Assembly (NCBI RefSeq): GCF_006345805.1 | Contig: NC_043010.1 | Coordinates: 25,234,001-25,298,000, forward strand | Length of the DNA stretch: 64,000 bases | Source: Octopus sinensis | Taxonomy: Eukaryota | Direction of reading: 5' to 3' | Shown here: positions 14,201 to 26,940 of the stretch, piece after piece | How positions within the stretch are numbered: the stretch's first letter is position 1 | How the letters are laid out: every line of letters begins with the position of its first letter | Notes under the pieces: model-generated | The model's input: only the letters and a program-made list of their open reading frames with translations | Database searches by the model: none | What the model was told of the DNA's origin: nothing | Program-made: the position numbers and the translations under genes

Positions 14201-14509
14201 ATTGAAATATATGCAAAATGAAAATAAAGCAACCGTGCCAGGTTACTTGATATAGGAATTCTTGCAGGTAGTTCTGGACTGTTAACCTTAGTGAAGTAGT
14301 CACAAACAGAGAAATTGGGCGAATATTGTGTACGTATCGTTGAAATCGACCGTAGTGATGGCAACGGTTAATATGATGGTGACAGAGGAGAACGGTCCTA
14401 AGTTGCTGCATGTTAGCTGTTGCTGGAACTGGAACTGGTTGAGTCGCTCTGTGGTCAGAGGTTAGTCCTTAGAGTGACTAGAACCTAAGACGAAAAATAG
14501 TGATTTGCT

Positions 14510-14655
14510 GGCACCTTTTATAACCTGCTAGAGGCTCCAGAAGAAAATCCAAAAGACTGTGTCACGTGGTCTTATTGGAAGGTTCTGATTGGTTTGTTCA
14601 CACGTTGCGCGAAATAAGTCAAGAGAAAGACTATGCCAATGCCAACCAATCAGAG
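14510..14655 (-). promoter_or_regulatory. Pol II promoter-like cluster: TATA box, four CCAAT boxes, E-box
   Basis: TATAAAA on minus strand 14516-14522; CACGTG 14563-68; ATTGG at 14574 and 14588; CCAAT at 14636 and 14646 (two in ccaatcag context). Confidence 0.45.
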
Positions 14656-14759
14656 CAGTGGACACAGCAGGGTCCAAATAGCGGCCAAAAGTTAACTTAT
14701 CTGCTATGACATTATTTCTAATATATCTCTCAGTGAGGATATCACTGAGCCATGCTACA

Positions 14760-15500
14760 TACTCAAACTTTTAAGAATGAAGCTACTACACCTGATTCCA
14801 GTGTTTTGTTGCACAGAAGCAGACATACATACACTTTTTAAAGTTAGTTCAAATATCAGTATGACTGAGTTTTGAAAGTGATAATGCACCAGCTACCAGT
14901 GCATTACTGTATTTCCAAAAAATCATGGGAAATCCTTGTTCAGCGTGAATATCTTTAATTACTGGTTTTTTAAAGATTCATTCTTTGGTGCATAAAAACC
15001 GGGAAAATTTCTTCAAACATTTCAGAACTTTAAAGAAACTCATTATCCAGAATTAGAATTAGCAAGTAAACAACTATTGACTCATTCCTCAAGCCAATTC
15101 GTCCCAACCATTCTGCAGATGTTGATGATACTGTGGATATTGATGACACACCAACCGTTGATTTAATCTCTCTTCAGTCACCTGAGATTTGTATGAGTGT
15201 GAGACAAGGTACTAGTGTAGCATCATAGCTCTAACAATACAAAATGACAAGTTATACTCCCTGCCATCACCTCTATCACAAAATACTCATCTGTCGTTTA
15301 CAATGGGTAACAATACTCTTTGATTTTTATACATTTAATGTTAAATAATTTTATAAAATATATTTTTTTAATTTAATATATCTGTACGGTATTTACAGTA
15401 TTTCCTGTAATTTTGTTACTGTTTCTCATGTTAAAAACACACTGTATGGTTCCAATATTGTATATGTACACAATATTAACCTCTATCGTCGGTTTACTGG
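14760..15500 (+). mobile_element. Old pogo/Tigger-like transposon remnant
   Basis: DNAP-like motif near 14880 and a Q-T-I-D-S-F-L-K-like C-terminal remnant near 15070-15100; heavily degraded. Confidence 0.35.
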
Positions 15501-15973
15501 TACAGTCGCCTTAACTTCACATTCTTCTTTTCACCTTATAACGGGAAGTTCAGTTTATGTAGTGAAGCTGCAATGAGACTATTGCTTTGTTGACATATAG
15601 TGACCTCCCTTAGAAACCACAGGACAACTTGAATGACATGTACAGACCGACAAACGGACATACAAAGAGAAAATGCAAGATTAAAATAGAAGACAAATGT
15701 AATGTGTGATAGAGATGTGTGTGTATTTACATAGTTTATGTCTATGTAACATAACACGTGTATACTTTCTCAGCGTCTTATTAGGAATTTTCTGAGTAGC
15801 TTTTGTCGTTAACTGCCAGTAATGTGCAAGTTCTAACGACTAAGTTTCCAGCTCTTTACAGGTGGAAAGAAAGACTTGTAATTGTCATCTTTATCCACTT
15901 ACTTAACTTAGCCACCCACTCTATCTCCATAGAAGTTTATATATTCTTTTGGTGGATTTTTCTGTACCCCATA

Positions 15974-15983
15974 ATGTCAGCAA
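15974..15983 (+). CDS. FANK1: FANK1 paralog a, exon 1 (MSA, phase-1 donor)
   Basis: atg tca gca a|gtaggt; the surrounding ~300 bp aligns with the exon-1 region of paralog b (atg tca gca g|gtaagt, 58219). Confidence 0.7.
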
Positions 15984-16399
15984 GTAGGTCGAGATTATAT
16001 TTTTGTTTTGTTGCTTGTTTATCTTTAATAAGTAGTTCTCTCAGAAGAGAAAGTCAAACCACTGTGATGGTTTACGCTGGTAATTTAGTTCATTTTACAA
16101 CGTGCATCTTTTCAGAAAAGATCCTCCAAGGTATTTTTTGATCGAACCAATGAAAGAGCCTCTATGGCATCACTAGAAATATCACCTCAATTTCCTAATT
16201 ATCACCCTCTGAGTCTTAAAAAAAGGTAGAGGAAGTAAACATTCCGTTATCTTTATTTTTTTATCGAAGCACATTCGTTAATGGGTAATCTTGCCGAACG
16301 CGTTCGTAATTAGAACGTCCTTGACCTCCGGTACTAATCGAAAGTAACCTAACACATTAATCAAAACTGATACAATGGAAATAACACGTTATAATAGTA

Positions 16400-16620
16400 A
16401 TAATCCTTTCTACTATAGGTATAAGGCCTGAAATTTGTGGAGAGGGGGCTAATCATTACATCGATCAGTACTCAACTGGTACTTATTTTATTAACTTGGA
16501 AAGTCGACCGCGGCAGTATTTGAACTCTGAACCTCTGAACATAGGAGAACAGAAGAAACGTCACTAAGCATTTTACCTGGCACGATAACAATTCTGCCTG
16601 CTCACAGTCCATCAGGTCAT
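16400..16620 (-). mobile_element. tRNA-derived SINE fragment
   Basis: Same family as 25540-25745, 28050-28255 (-), 31545-31750, 56190-56520 (-) and 59120-59350; gagttcaaat B-box-like motif on the sense strand. Confidence 0.6.
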
Positions 16621-16624
16621 AACA

Positions 16625-17080
16625 GAAGGGTGTAAGGCTGGTTGCCTTTGAGATCTGCTATATGCTGATGATCTCATTAGCTGATTCTATAAAAGAATTG
16701 AAAATGAAATTCTATATGTGGAAGCAAAGCCCAGAATTAAAAGGCTTCAAAGTTTAAATTAGCAAAGACGAAAGTTTTAGTAAGTTAGAAAGCAGACAAA
16801 TTTGTATCCATATAGAAAATGGCCTTGTTCAATATGAAGGAAAAAAGTAAGCAGAAATTCTATACACTGTAGTTAATGTAAACTGTGGACACAAGAGGTG
16901 CAGTGGTATCACAGAGAGATTAACAAAGAAAATATACTTTGTATGTGGCAGATGCACAGGAGCAATAAAATTTAAGAGTACAAAGGAAATATATTTTCTC
17001 AAATGCCCAGAAAGATTCCTAGACTAGAAGCAGTAACACAAAAAAGTACCCATTACACTTTGTAAACTGGTATCAGCTGT
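16625..17080 (+). mobile_element. Degraded RTE LINE RT fragment
   Basis: ctgctatatgctgatgatctc = LLYADDL; downstream C-x2-C remnants. Confidence 0.65.
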
Positions 17081-17742
17081 AAAAATGATTCCAAAGCAGA
17101 ATACAATCCTCCAAACAATCAGATCTTGTCAAATTTCCAACCAGTGCCAACATGGAAGATGCACAATAAAAGATATTGATGATGATCTTCAAATCACACC
17201 CTGCTGTCTTTTTTAAAAATGAGTCATTGGATAATGTAGCCTAAGTACACTGATTGATAAAAGATAGAATGATTAGATTGGAGTGATTCTGATTTTAGGT
17301 CTGTTCAATCAGAAGCTAAACAACAACAAACTTATTCTCACTAGCTCTATACTTATCAGATAATTATTTTCTTCCTTTGTAGGGTTTTTTGAAGTGTTTT
17401 CGGTGTCTATATTTCTTGATCCTTCATACACAGCTTCTGTGGTAGATGGAATATATAGAAGAGTGTGTATTTCTATGGTGCTAAGCACATTTGTTGGCAT
17501 CCTTTTGTCTCAGGAGACAATGGTAGTTGCACATAAAATAATCCAATAACGAGATTGCCAAAGTGTGTGGCAGCCAACATAGTCTTCCATTTTTTATTGG
17601 TTGACATTACTCCTTTTCAAAGTTGACTTCAGTTGATCTTTGAGCTGCTCTTTGGTTCTCCAGTCATGAGTTGACCATGATGTAGTTGATCATAAGGGAT
17701 TTTCAAGGGAAGACACGAGCTAGATATAAACATTACATATCT

Positions 17743-18993
17743 GCAAGGGGGTACCCAAAAGTAACCAGAAATGTTCTGTGAGACAAGCCCATTGTAGTTC
17801 AGGCTTCCACCACTTGAAGCCACTTGGTGTGATCCTCAGGCATCAGTCTGCCAACCAGTGGCATCATGTGAAGTCGTACTGTCATATTGTGCATCTTTGT
17901 TTTGCAGTGCCTCTTCCCTGTTCATCAATTTTTGCAATGGCTGAAACAAAGGAACAGCATGAATTCTGTTTTCTGCTAGGCAAAACAGCAGCTGAAACAG
18001 TTGTCATACTTCAAACAGCTTACAAGGATGTGACCATGAGTGAAAAACAAGTTTACAAGTGGTTTTCATGCTTTAGGAATGGTCACTTGTTGCTTGAAGA
18101 CCAACCTTGTTCATCTCCTGAATGAATGAATGAAAACATCACGAAAATTCATGATGAACTTGTTGATATGACTGGTGTGTTCTGCAGCTCCTGCCAATGA
18201 ATTTTGAGTGAGGAATTGCAAATGTAAAGAGTTGCAGCAAAATTTGTGCCTTGCTTGTTCAAGGAAGATCAAAAGCAGTCATGACTGAATGTGTGTCGTG
18301 AACTGAAAGAACAGTTTGAAAATTGATCTGGACCTTTATTCAAAGGTCATCACTAATGATAAAAGTGATATGGCTGTGACCCGGAAATGAAACAGCAATC
18401 AAGTCAATGGAAGCATTTAATGTTACCATATCCCAAGAAAGCATGTCAAGTAAAGTCCAATGTCAAGCCGATGATGATTTGTTTCATCAATGTGAAAGGA
18501 ATTGTTCACACAGAATTTGTTCCTCCTGGTCAAACTGTTAACCAGACATTTTACTTGACAATTCTGAAGCATTTGCAAAATGCGGTAAGACGAAAATGTC
18601 CTGAACTGTGGCAAAGTGGAGAGTCGTGGTTTCATCTGCACATGCTGCCTTGAGTGTGAGACAGTTTTTGGTCAAAAATGGCATGACCTGCTTATCCACC
18701 CTCTCTATTCACCTGATCTTGCTCCCTGTGACATTTTTTGTTCCCCCGAACGAAAAATGTCCTTAAAGGAAAACGTTTTGCAGGTATGGAAGAGGTGAAG
18801 AAAATATGACAGAGGTATTAAAAAGCATCATTTTGCAAGTGTTCCAGAACTGCTTTGAACAGTGGAAAACATGTCTAGACTTATGCATTGCTTCATATGG
18901 AGAATACTTTCAAGGCAATAAAAGGGTAAACATGTAAAACTAAGTGAATAAAATAATATTGCAAAATTCCAGTTTCTTTTGGGTATCCCTTCA
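17743..18993 (+). mobile_element. Degraded mariner transposon (second family)
   Basis: TIRs caagggggtacccaaaagtaaccagaa / ttccagtttcttttgggtatcccttca; GKTAAET, FVPPGQTVNQ and HPLYSPDLAPCD remnants. Confidence 0.9.
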
Positions 18994-20411
18994 TAAACAC
19001 TACAGAAATTGGTGTCCTGCCAAAAGCCTTCACCAGGTGGAAGATTGCTAGCTATGGTAGATAATTCTTAACCAAAAATTTCCATAGGGAGAGGTATCAT
19101 TGGTATTGCCTTGTTCTGTCACAAAATTGAACTGCATCATCAAAGCTAATTCTCTTCTTGATTATGCAATAACTCCTGTTACTTTCATAGACTGTTCAAT
19201 CAATTTGATGCCTCTAGAGTTGCTTCTTTTTAAAACATTTTCTTCGCTCTTGTTGCAGTTGATAATGATACTGCTTTGTTGGTCATTAGAAATGACATCT
19301 TTTACTACTTGACTGACTGTAAGACTGACTGTGTCGCTATTTCATTGGATATTTTCAACATCTTAATGATGGTCCCTGATGACCCAGCACTTTCCATGTT
19401 TTTATATACTTAATCACTCTTGTTATCTCTCAATTGTTGTCAACCTCCCTAGCAAGTTCTTCTGTTGAGTTTTCTTGAGGAAGTCCCTCTCTTTTCTATG
19501 CATTCTCTTTATTCAGCAACCTCACATAGTTGTATTTCTATGCCTTTTTCTCCTTTGCATCAATGAGTATATATATATGCATCTTATCTTAAATACAGCT
19601 TTACTTTTTTGTTTAGGTTATTTGCAAATGCAAATGTGGATATCGTTACTATAGTCATCATTTCTTTTATCATCATCATAATCATCATTAAGATATGCTT
19701 ATTTGTCTGATCACTGTATGTGCATGGTTTGGGTGTGTATGTAGATGTGTGTATATCAGAATATATGTGTTTGAGTATACGTGTGCAAGAATATGTTCAC
19801 ACAAATACACACATATATATATAACTTCTCTGGTTATATGTGTGTATTAGTAGATAATTTTGTGTGAGGTCTGTAATTTAGTGAGGATGGATACATGAAA
19901 ATATTACATGCTGGTCTATATATATAGGAGTAAATATGGGTGCATGTAAGGATAAGCATGTATACACAAACGAATATGTGTGTATGTGCATGTGTGTGTG
20001 AATGCACAAGCAAATGAGTGCATGAAAAAAATGTGTATACATGAGGGAATGTTGGTTCATAACTGGTCTGTATCTTGAATTTGTGTGAACACATATATGT
20101 GTGTGAACATATTTAATCCACCCCACTGTACTTCTTGAAAACAGAACTGATACATTAATTAATATAGTCCTAGATGTCTGTAAGAAATAGGAAGATTATG
20201 GTTAGAATTGTTTTGATAATAGCTCAACTCAATTATCTTTGACTTATGATTAAACATTAACATGTCTTCTTTTTCCTTCATTTTCACATTTTTTTCTATA
20301 AGTTGGTTCTTTTTTAACACATGACTCAAATGCTTATATCTCTTCAAATTACATAATTAAATTTCTATCATCTATTTATCAAGTACAACCTCATCCCTGT
20401 CTTTTCTACAG

Positions 20412-20475
20412 ATGAGCTACAAAATTGTGTACAAAACCGAAATCTTTCGGAACTTCAGAATCTGATTATTTCTAG
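20412..20475 (+). CDS. FANK1: FANK1 paralog a, exon equivalent to human exon 4 (N-ELQNCVQNRNLSELQNLIIS-R)
   Basis: cttttctacag acceptor, ag|gtaaag donor; phase 1 in, phase 2 out; aligns to human HLHRAVSVNDEDLLVRILQG (recalled sequence). Confidence 0.75.
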
Positions 20476-21169
20476 GTAAAGAACAAAGTTTTATTTATTT
20501 ATTGTTTCCACTTTCATTGTTATTACTTTATTGCATAAAGGAAGTGTATGGGATGATTAAAGCAGAAATGCCTTTGATGATGTGGCTAAAGAACACCAAC
20601 AGCTCCTGAGAATGAAAAAGTCAGGTATCTGGGTTGATGGTAAAAGGTGGTCAGGTAAATTTGAAGTAATTCTTGTGCAGCTCAACTACAAACTCTGCAA
20701 TTTGAGGTATGATTGTTGTACTGTCATTGTTCTGTATGGTGGTATCTGGATTACAATAATCTTTTCTGAGTGTATTATTTTGTTCATATTATAAGGGAAG
20801 CCTTCTATTGTACATACAATTTATTACAGTGGATATAACTTGTTACAGCTACATTGATTTATCACCTAGCAGAGAATGTAAGTAAAATCATTGTTAAATG
20901 TTATCCTGCAATTTTGTTAATAATGAAATGAATTCATAATTTTCTTACATTAATGGATCTGAGCAGATGAATGGGCTGTTATACCAGTTTATTAACCCAA
21001 AAAACATGTCTGTTGATGAAGCAGATGCACTAGCTGATTGGTCTAAATTGTGATGTTGTAGCCAGGTTTGTTGATACCAGCCTGTCTCATGATAGATGGT
21101 TCTTGACAAAAGCAAACTATCAATTTTTGGATCAATATTTGAGCTATTTAGTCATTCTTGTTATTATAC

Positions 21170-22157
21170 CATACGTATACGGCAGTGAAACATGGGCTGT
21201 AACTGCTGAGGATATGTGTAAGCTCGCACGGAATGTACCAGTATGATCCGATGGATGTGTAATATCAGTGTGCATACTCAACAGAGTGTAAGTACCTTGA
21301 GAGAAAAGTTGGAACTAAGAAGCATTAGATGTGGTGTGCAAGAGAGACGACTGCGTTGGTATGGTCATGTGGTGAGAATGGATGAGGATAGCTGCGTGAA
21401 AAAGTGCCTCACCCTAGCCGTTGAGGGAACTTGTGGAAGAGATAGACCCAGGAAGACCTGGGATGAAATGGTGAAGCATGACCTTCGAACATTAGGCCTC
21501 ACCAAGGAAATGACTAGTGACCGAGACCTTTGGAAATATGCTGTGATCGAGAAGACCCGGCAAGCCAGATGAAACCATAACCCGTGGCCTATGCCAGGAG
21601 CATAACCAGCCCACTTATGCGTAGCTTTTCCTTCTTTGGTCACTAAGCTTTGCTTGTGAAGACCTGTTATGGCAAGTGAAATCAAAATCATTTCGATGAC
21701 TGGCATCTGTGCTAGCGGGGTGCAAAGAGCACCATACGAGTGTGATCGTTGACAGAGAGGCTATTCGAGTATGATCGTTACCAGCGTCGCCTTACTGGCA
21801 CTTATGCCTGTGCTAGTAGGGTGCCAAGAACACCATCCGATTGTGATCGTTGCCAGAGCAGCCAACTGGCTTCCGTACCCATGGCATGTAAAAGGGCACC
21901 ATTCGAGCATGATCATTGCTTCACTGGCACCTCTGTCGGTGGCATGTGTAAAAGATTCAAGCAAGGTCATTGCCAGTACCGCCTGACTGGCCCCCGTGCA
22001 GGTGGCACGTAAAAAGCACCCACTACACTTTCAGAGTGGTTGGCGTTAGGAAGGGCATCCAGCTGTAGAAACTCTGCCAGATCAAGACTGGAGCCTGGTG
22101 CAGCCATCTGGTTGCCAGCATGGAAAACGGACGTTAAACGATGATGATAATGATGAT
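21170..22157 (+). mobile_element. RTE LINE 3' fragment in a FANK1a intron
   Basis: ORF 21243-21572 QERRLRWYGHVV; same 3' UTR and gttaaacgatgatgat tail as 1-1119. Confidence 0.88.
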
Positions 22158-22447
22158 ACTAACAAGAGATATTTGTTACAACCAAACTTCCTACCTATTG
22201 TCTTTAATATTTGAGACCACATTTTGTTTTTAAGTTCTGAAATCTTATAATTCTTGTAAAATTGACAAAATGCCTTGTCTAGAATGCATGAGAAGTGGGC
22301 AGAAGTTTATTACTTTTCCTTTTAACACTGTGAACCTTGAATTAAACACCAGCCTTTAAGAATCATTCTAAGGGGCAATTGGGGAAATATATTTCTATGA
22401 CTCAAGTTAAAAATCATTGATTCTTTGTAAATGAATGATAAGGATTA

Positions 22448-23372
22448 TGAGGATGTTGAACAGTGATGGTGATGAAGCATCTAACTATTTTCCTGTCAAA
22501 ACATGGGAAAAATCTTTTGGGTGGAAGCTGTTACCACCCTTCCTGAGCATGCATGAAAATTTCACACCAATAAGCTGTGTCAGTTCCTGGCTGTTGTGCA
22601 TAGAGTACAGACATGTAATGCTCATTTGTCAGATTTTTGTCTTCACACAAGATGACCAAATGCATTGAGCAGAGATATTGCATCATGTTTTGCCGAAGGC
22701 TTGGTGATATTCAAACTCAAACCATCCAGAAGATTCAGCAGGCCTTTGGTAATGATGCTATGGGCAAAATGAAGATCAAGGAGTAGTACAACTGCTTCAA
22801 ACATGGCCACATCTCAGTGGAGAGTAATGTATGCTCAGGCAGGCCATCCACGAGCTGAAATGAGGAGCTGATTGAGAAGATTTGGCAAATAGTCATTGAA
22901 GACCATTGTGTAACAATCCAGTTGGTCACAAAATGGGAATAAGCACAGGATCAGTGCATTCCATTTTAATGAAGGATCTGTGCATGTGGAGAGTATTGGC
23001 AAAATTTGTCCCCAAAGTCCTAGCAGAGTAGCAGAAGCAACTCCACATCCTGGAAATCGTTCAGGACATGCTGGACTGTGAAAACCATGACCCAGACTTC
23101 ATGAAGACCATCATCACTGGTGATGAAACATGTGTTTATGATTTCTGTTCAATGCATTTGATCAACTTGTAGGAATACAAAAATTCAATGAGTTCACACT
23201 ACATGTCTGTACTCTAGGCATAAAAGCTGGGAACTGATACAACCTATGGGTGTTAAAATTTTCACACATGCATAGAAAGGGTGGCATTACCCTTCCACCC
23301 AAAGGATTTTGCTGGTGCAGCATTAGTTTTAGCAGGAAAAAATAAAGCTAGATACTTTTTGAACATACCTCA
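22448..23372 (+). mobile_element. Internally deleted mariner-type element with long TIRs
   Basis: TA-flanked ends tgagg.atgtt / gaacatacctca; transposase remnants (GRPST, ITGDET); same family as 28449-28944. Confidence 0.7.
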
Positions 23373-23532
23373 TATAATGATGATCATCATAATGTAGGCA
23401 ATAATGAATAATGACAATGATAGTGATGATTTAAAAAAAGAGCAATGAAGAATGATGATAATAAATAATAACAATTATCAATCATGAAGTTGTTGGTTAT
23501 GTACTATAACAATTTTCCATAATGTGTTACAG

Positions 23533-23607
23533 AAAGGTCTCAGTTGATATACCACTTGATCAAGGTCTAACTGCATTAATGATTGCAACAAAACGGAGTG
23601 ATATTGA
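23533..23607 (+). CDS. FANK1: FANK1 paralog a, ankyrin exon (KVSVDIPLDQGLTALMIATKRSDI-E), 75 nt
   Basis: ttacag acceptor, ga|gtaagt donor; aligns to human [24 protein letters not shown] (recalled). Confidence 0.9.
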
Positions 23608-26241
23608 GTAAGTACTCTCTCTCTCTATATATATATATATATGTACACACACACAGTTTTATGATGTGAAGTGATATAACAAAATAGATAAGATACAAAA
23701 CTACCAGCTCTTAATTTTTTTAGTTTAAACCCACTTCAGAAATTTCTCTCAGTTTACCTAGATGTCAGAAGTAGGAACCAGATCATACACAAATGTTACT
23801 AATACCTAAGATAGACTGATGTCATGAAACCAAAAATAAATAGTAGAATTTAAAAGATACTGTAAGCCTTTGAAACATTTACACTTGATAATTATAAAGT
23901 TTTGTGGTGTATATAAAATCTTTTGATAATGGATAATGCTTTGTGGTTATGGTGTGTATAATGCATTGCGATTATAGTTAAATGTATACAATGTTATATT
24001 TTGTCTATATAAAGTATTTTAGTTATTGCATATTTGCCATTATGAAGTGTAAATATCCTGTAATTATGATGTGTATAATTGCCTTGCAAGTATGGTGTGT
24101 ATAAGGTATTATGATAAATGTGAATGTGTGGAACATATAATGTATTTATAGTATGTGAAAGGTTTTGTTGTTAAAGGATGCATTTCCTGTCACTAACAGG
24201 TAAAGATTAGTGACAATAAATGTATTCAGTTATAAATAGTGCCTTAAGCCTTCATCCAATTCATGTCAGCTTGGAAAAAAAAGACAGAAAACTGATGATG
24301 ACAACAACAATGGTAATGTAACAATGATGATAGTACAGATGGTATACATGTGTGTGTGTGTGTTTGTGTAATATTGTGGTTATGGTGAATATAATGTATG
24401 GTTTATGTTAGGTATTTTAGCTATGGTGTGTATAATAACATCTCATGGCTATGAATGTATAAGTATTGTGGTTATGATGTGTATAATGTTATGTTGTTTT
24501 GGTCTGTATAAAGTCTTTTAGTTACAGTGTATGTAAGGTTTTGTGGTTTTGATCTGTGAAATTTATTTTTTTATGAACTGCTTTGGTGTATATGAAGTTG
24601 ATGAATAAGATGAGGTCATGTAAGGTATATAACAATATCTTAACATGTTAATTCTTATCATAGATATAACTTATATTATGTTGTATATGTGTGTGTGTGT
24701 GAGAGCGAGTATGTTTGTGTGTAAATATGTGATTTTTATTAAGTATTAGTACTTTTATTAAGTATTATACACATTCTTATAGTATGTATAAAAATTATAT
24801 TGTTAATTTTATCTGCTGGTATCCATAAATTCATGTGATGTATTTAAAGTCTGGTGACATGCATAAAATATATACAGTCTTTGTATAATGATTAATGATA
24901 CACATAATCTTACAATGAATATAAGGTTTTATATTGCATAAAGTTGACTGATAGTTCATAAAATTTTTATAGAGTATTAACTTGAATTTGCCATGTAATT
25001 CAGATCTTATTCAATTTGTCATATAGATGAAAACTAGCCTTAAGGAAATCTGGATCGAGTTTTAACAGAATAAATCTTAACATCAGATTTGACAATGAGT
25101 GCTCCAGTTGTTCAATTTTTGGAACTATGTCCTTACTGAAAAGATGCAACTATCTGAGTATTTCACAAATGTACTTCAACGAAATTCTGAATCAGTGTGA
25201 CACTGTAAACAAGACTGGCGCTTTGAGTTTTAGATATAAACTATCCAATGAGTTACCACATGATTTTCCATCTATTCAATTTTATTCACAAGGCTTGAGT
25301 TGGCTTGATGCTATAGCAGAAAATACTTTGACCTGAACCTAAGACTTCATGATTACAAAACAAACTTTTGGGCCAGTTAGTCATATATGAGTAGTTATCA
25401 AGATGGCACAAAAAAACCTGTTTACTTTTTAAAAAAATTGATTTTAGTTGATGAATACTGTTGCTAGCCATCTTAGAATTTCTTTTTATGGAGAAGAATG
25501 GTGGATGACAATAAGTAGAGCAACAAATTAAATACCTGGGTGGCCAGATGGCCAGCTAAAATACTCCATGGCATTCCTCCAATTTTACATTCTGATTTCA
25601 AGTGCCCCTGAGGTTGACTTTGCCTTTCTTCCTCTTGCGGTCAATAACGAAACTACCAGTTGAGCACTGGGTTCAATGTAATTGACTAGACCCTCCCCTC
25701 AAAGTTGCTGGCTTTGTGCAAAAAATTAAAAAGAATTATTTATTTATGTCCCTTGGTATTGTATTGAAATCCTATTTCAAGACGGATGCCTTTATCATTC
25801 ATCTGTCCAAGGTAAATATAATTTGTAGTTATTAGAAATTAATATTTAGTCAGATAAAGTAGAGCAGTGCCCATAACCCTTGCTAGTCCTCCTTGACTAT
25901 GATCTAGAATGTTTGTATGCAATAAATTTAGTCCTATATATATTTGTGAGCAGTACTATAATGTAGAGCATAGCTGAATTTTGTAGAGCCTTAGTATCAT
26001 AAAGACTGTTCCACTAGCCCTGGTACTTAACAGGTACATATTTTATCTACCCTGGAATACTTGAAAAATGGAATACAGTCTTGCAAGCTTGAACGGAGAG
26101 TATAAAAGAATTTCTCTAAATGTAGTACGTATTATTTAATCAGCATCATGTAACGAGTTTGTAATTCACTGTCCTTTGGTATTTTTTTTATGTTGCTACA
26201 GCAACTATACATATCTTGAAATATTTCCCTACATATTTCAG

Positions 26242-26307
26242 GATTATGGAATTACTGTTGTCCTTGAATGCATCTGTCACTGTTAAAGATGAGTCAGGAA
26301 AAACAGC
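26242..26307 (+). CDS. FANK1: FANK1 paralog a, ankyrin exon (IMELLLSLNASVTVKDESGKT-A), 66 nt
   Basis: tttcag acceptor, gc|gtgagt donor; aligns to human [22 protein letters not shown] (recalled). Confidence 0.9.
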
Positions 26308-26589
26308 GTGAGTATTTAAAATCTAGTTTTATTTATTCAACAATAACAAGGGAAGAAGGACAATGATTGGATGACTGCATTTTGTGTCTTGACTTATTAA
26401 TAGCTAGCTATTTTCTTTCACTAGATTTTTTCATCTCTGTGGTAAAATGCTAAATCAGAATAAGGCAATATTATTTTCCAAAGGTACAAGGTAGAATAAC
26501 ATAAAACATTTGTTTTCCATGACTCTGTATGTGTGTGTGCGTTTTCATATCACTTATATATATATATATATATATCATCATCATCATCG

Positions 26590-26940
26590 TTTAATATAAG
26601 ATTCCAATACGTTGCGAGTAAAATTCAACAGTATCTAAAAATTTTACTTGCAAGGTATTGGAAAGATTTTACTCACAAGGTATTGGAATCTTATATGTAT
26701 ACCATTCTGCCTAAATAATGAATCTACAAATGCAATATCCTTGCAATTCTCACATCTATTTTCATTACTCCACTTCACTCTCTATTTTATATCATATCTA
26801 AATTAACTATTGCTTAACCATTTACTCACACCATCTCCGATGAAGGGATATAATAAATATCCTGGAAACAGCTGTAAGACCTTCTATTTATAAATGTTCT
26901 AAAATCTTCACAGCCTTGGTTTTTTATCTCTTTCTGAAAA
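26590..26940 (+). mobile_element. Penelope-like terminal fragment with hammerhead-like motif (26834-26879)
   Basis: tct-CCGATGA-agggata-taataaa-tatcctg-GAAA-C-AGCT-G-TA-aga. Confidence 0.6.

Noticed and set aside
14563-14592. Possible ER-stress element (CCAAT-N9-CCACG)
   Set aside because: Spacing is 4 nt, and the N9-spaced partner is a second CCAAT.
17384-17550. Good acceptor (cttcctttgtag) followed by an open frame, as a possible FN3 remnant or replacement exon
   Set aside because: The peptide has no FN3 features, and the GT donors I found are phase 0, which would put the 20412 exon out of frame.
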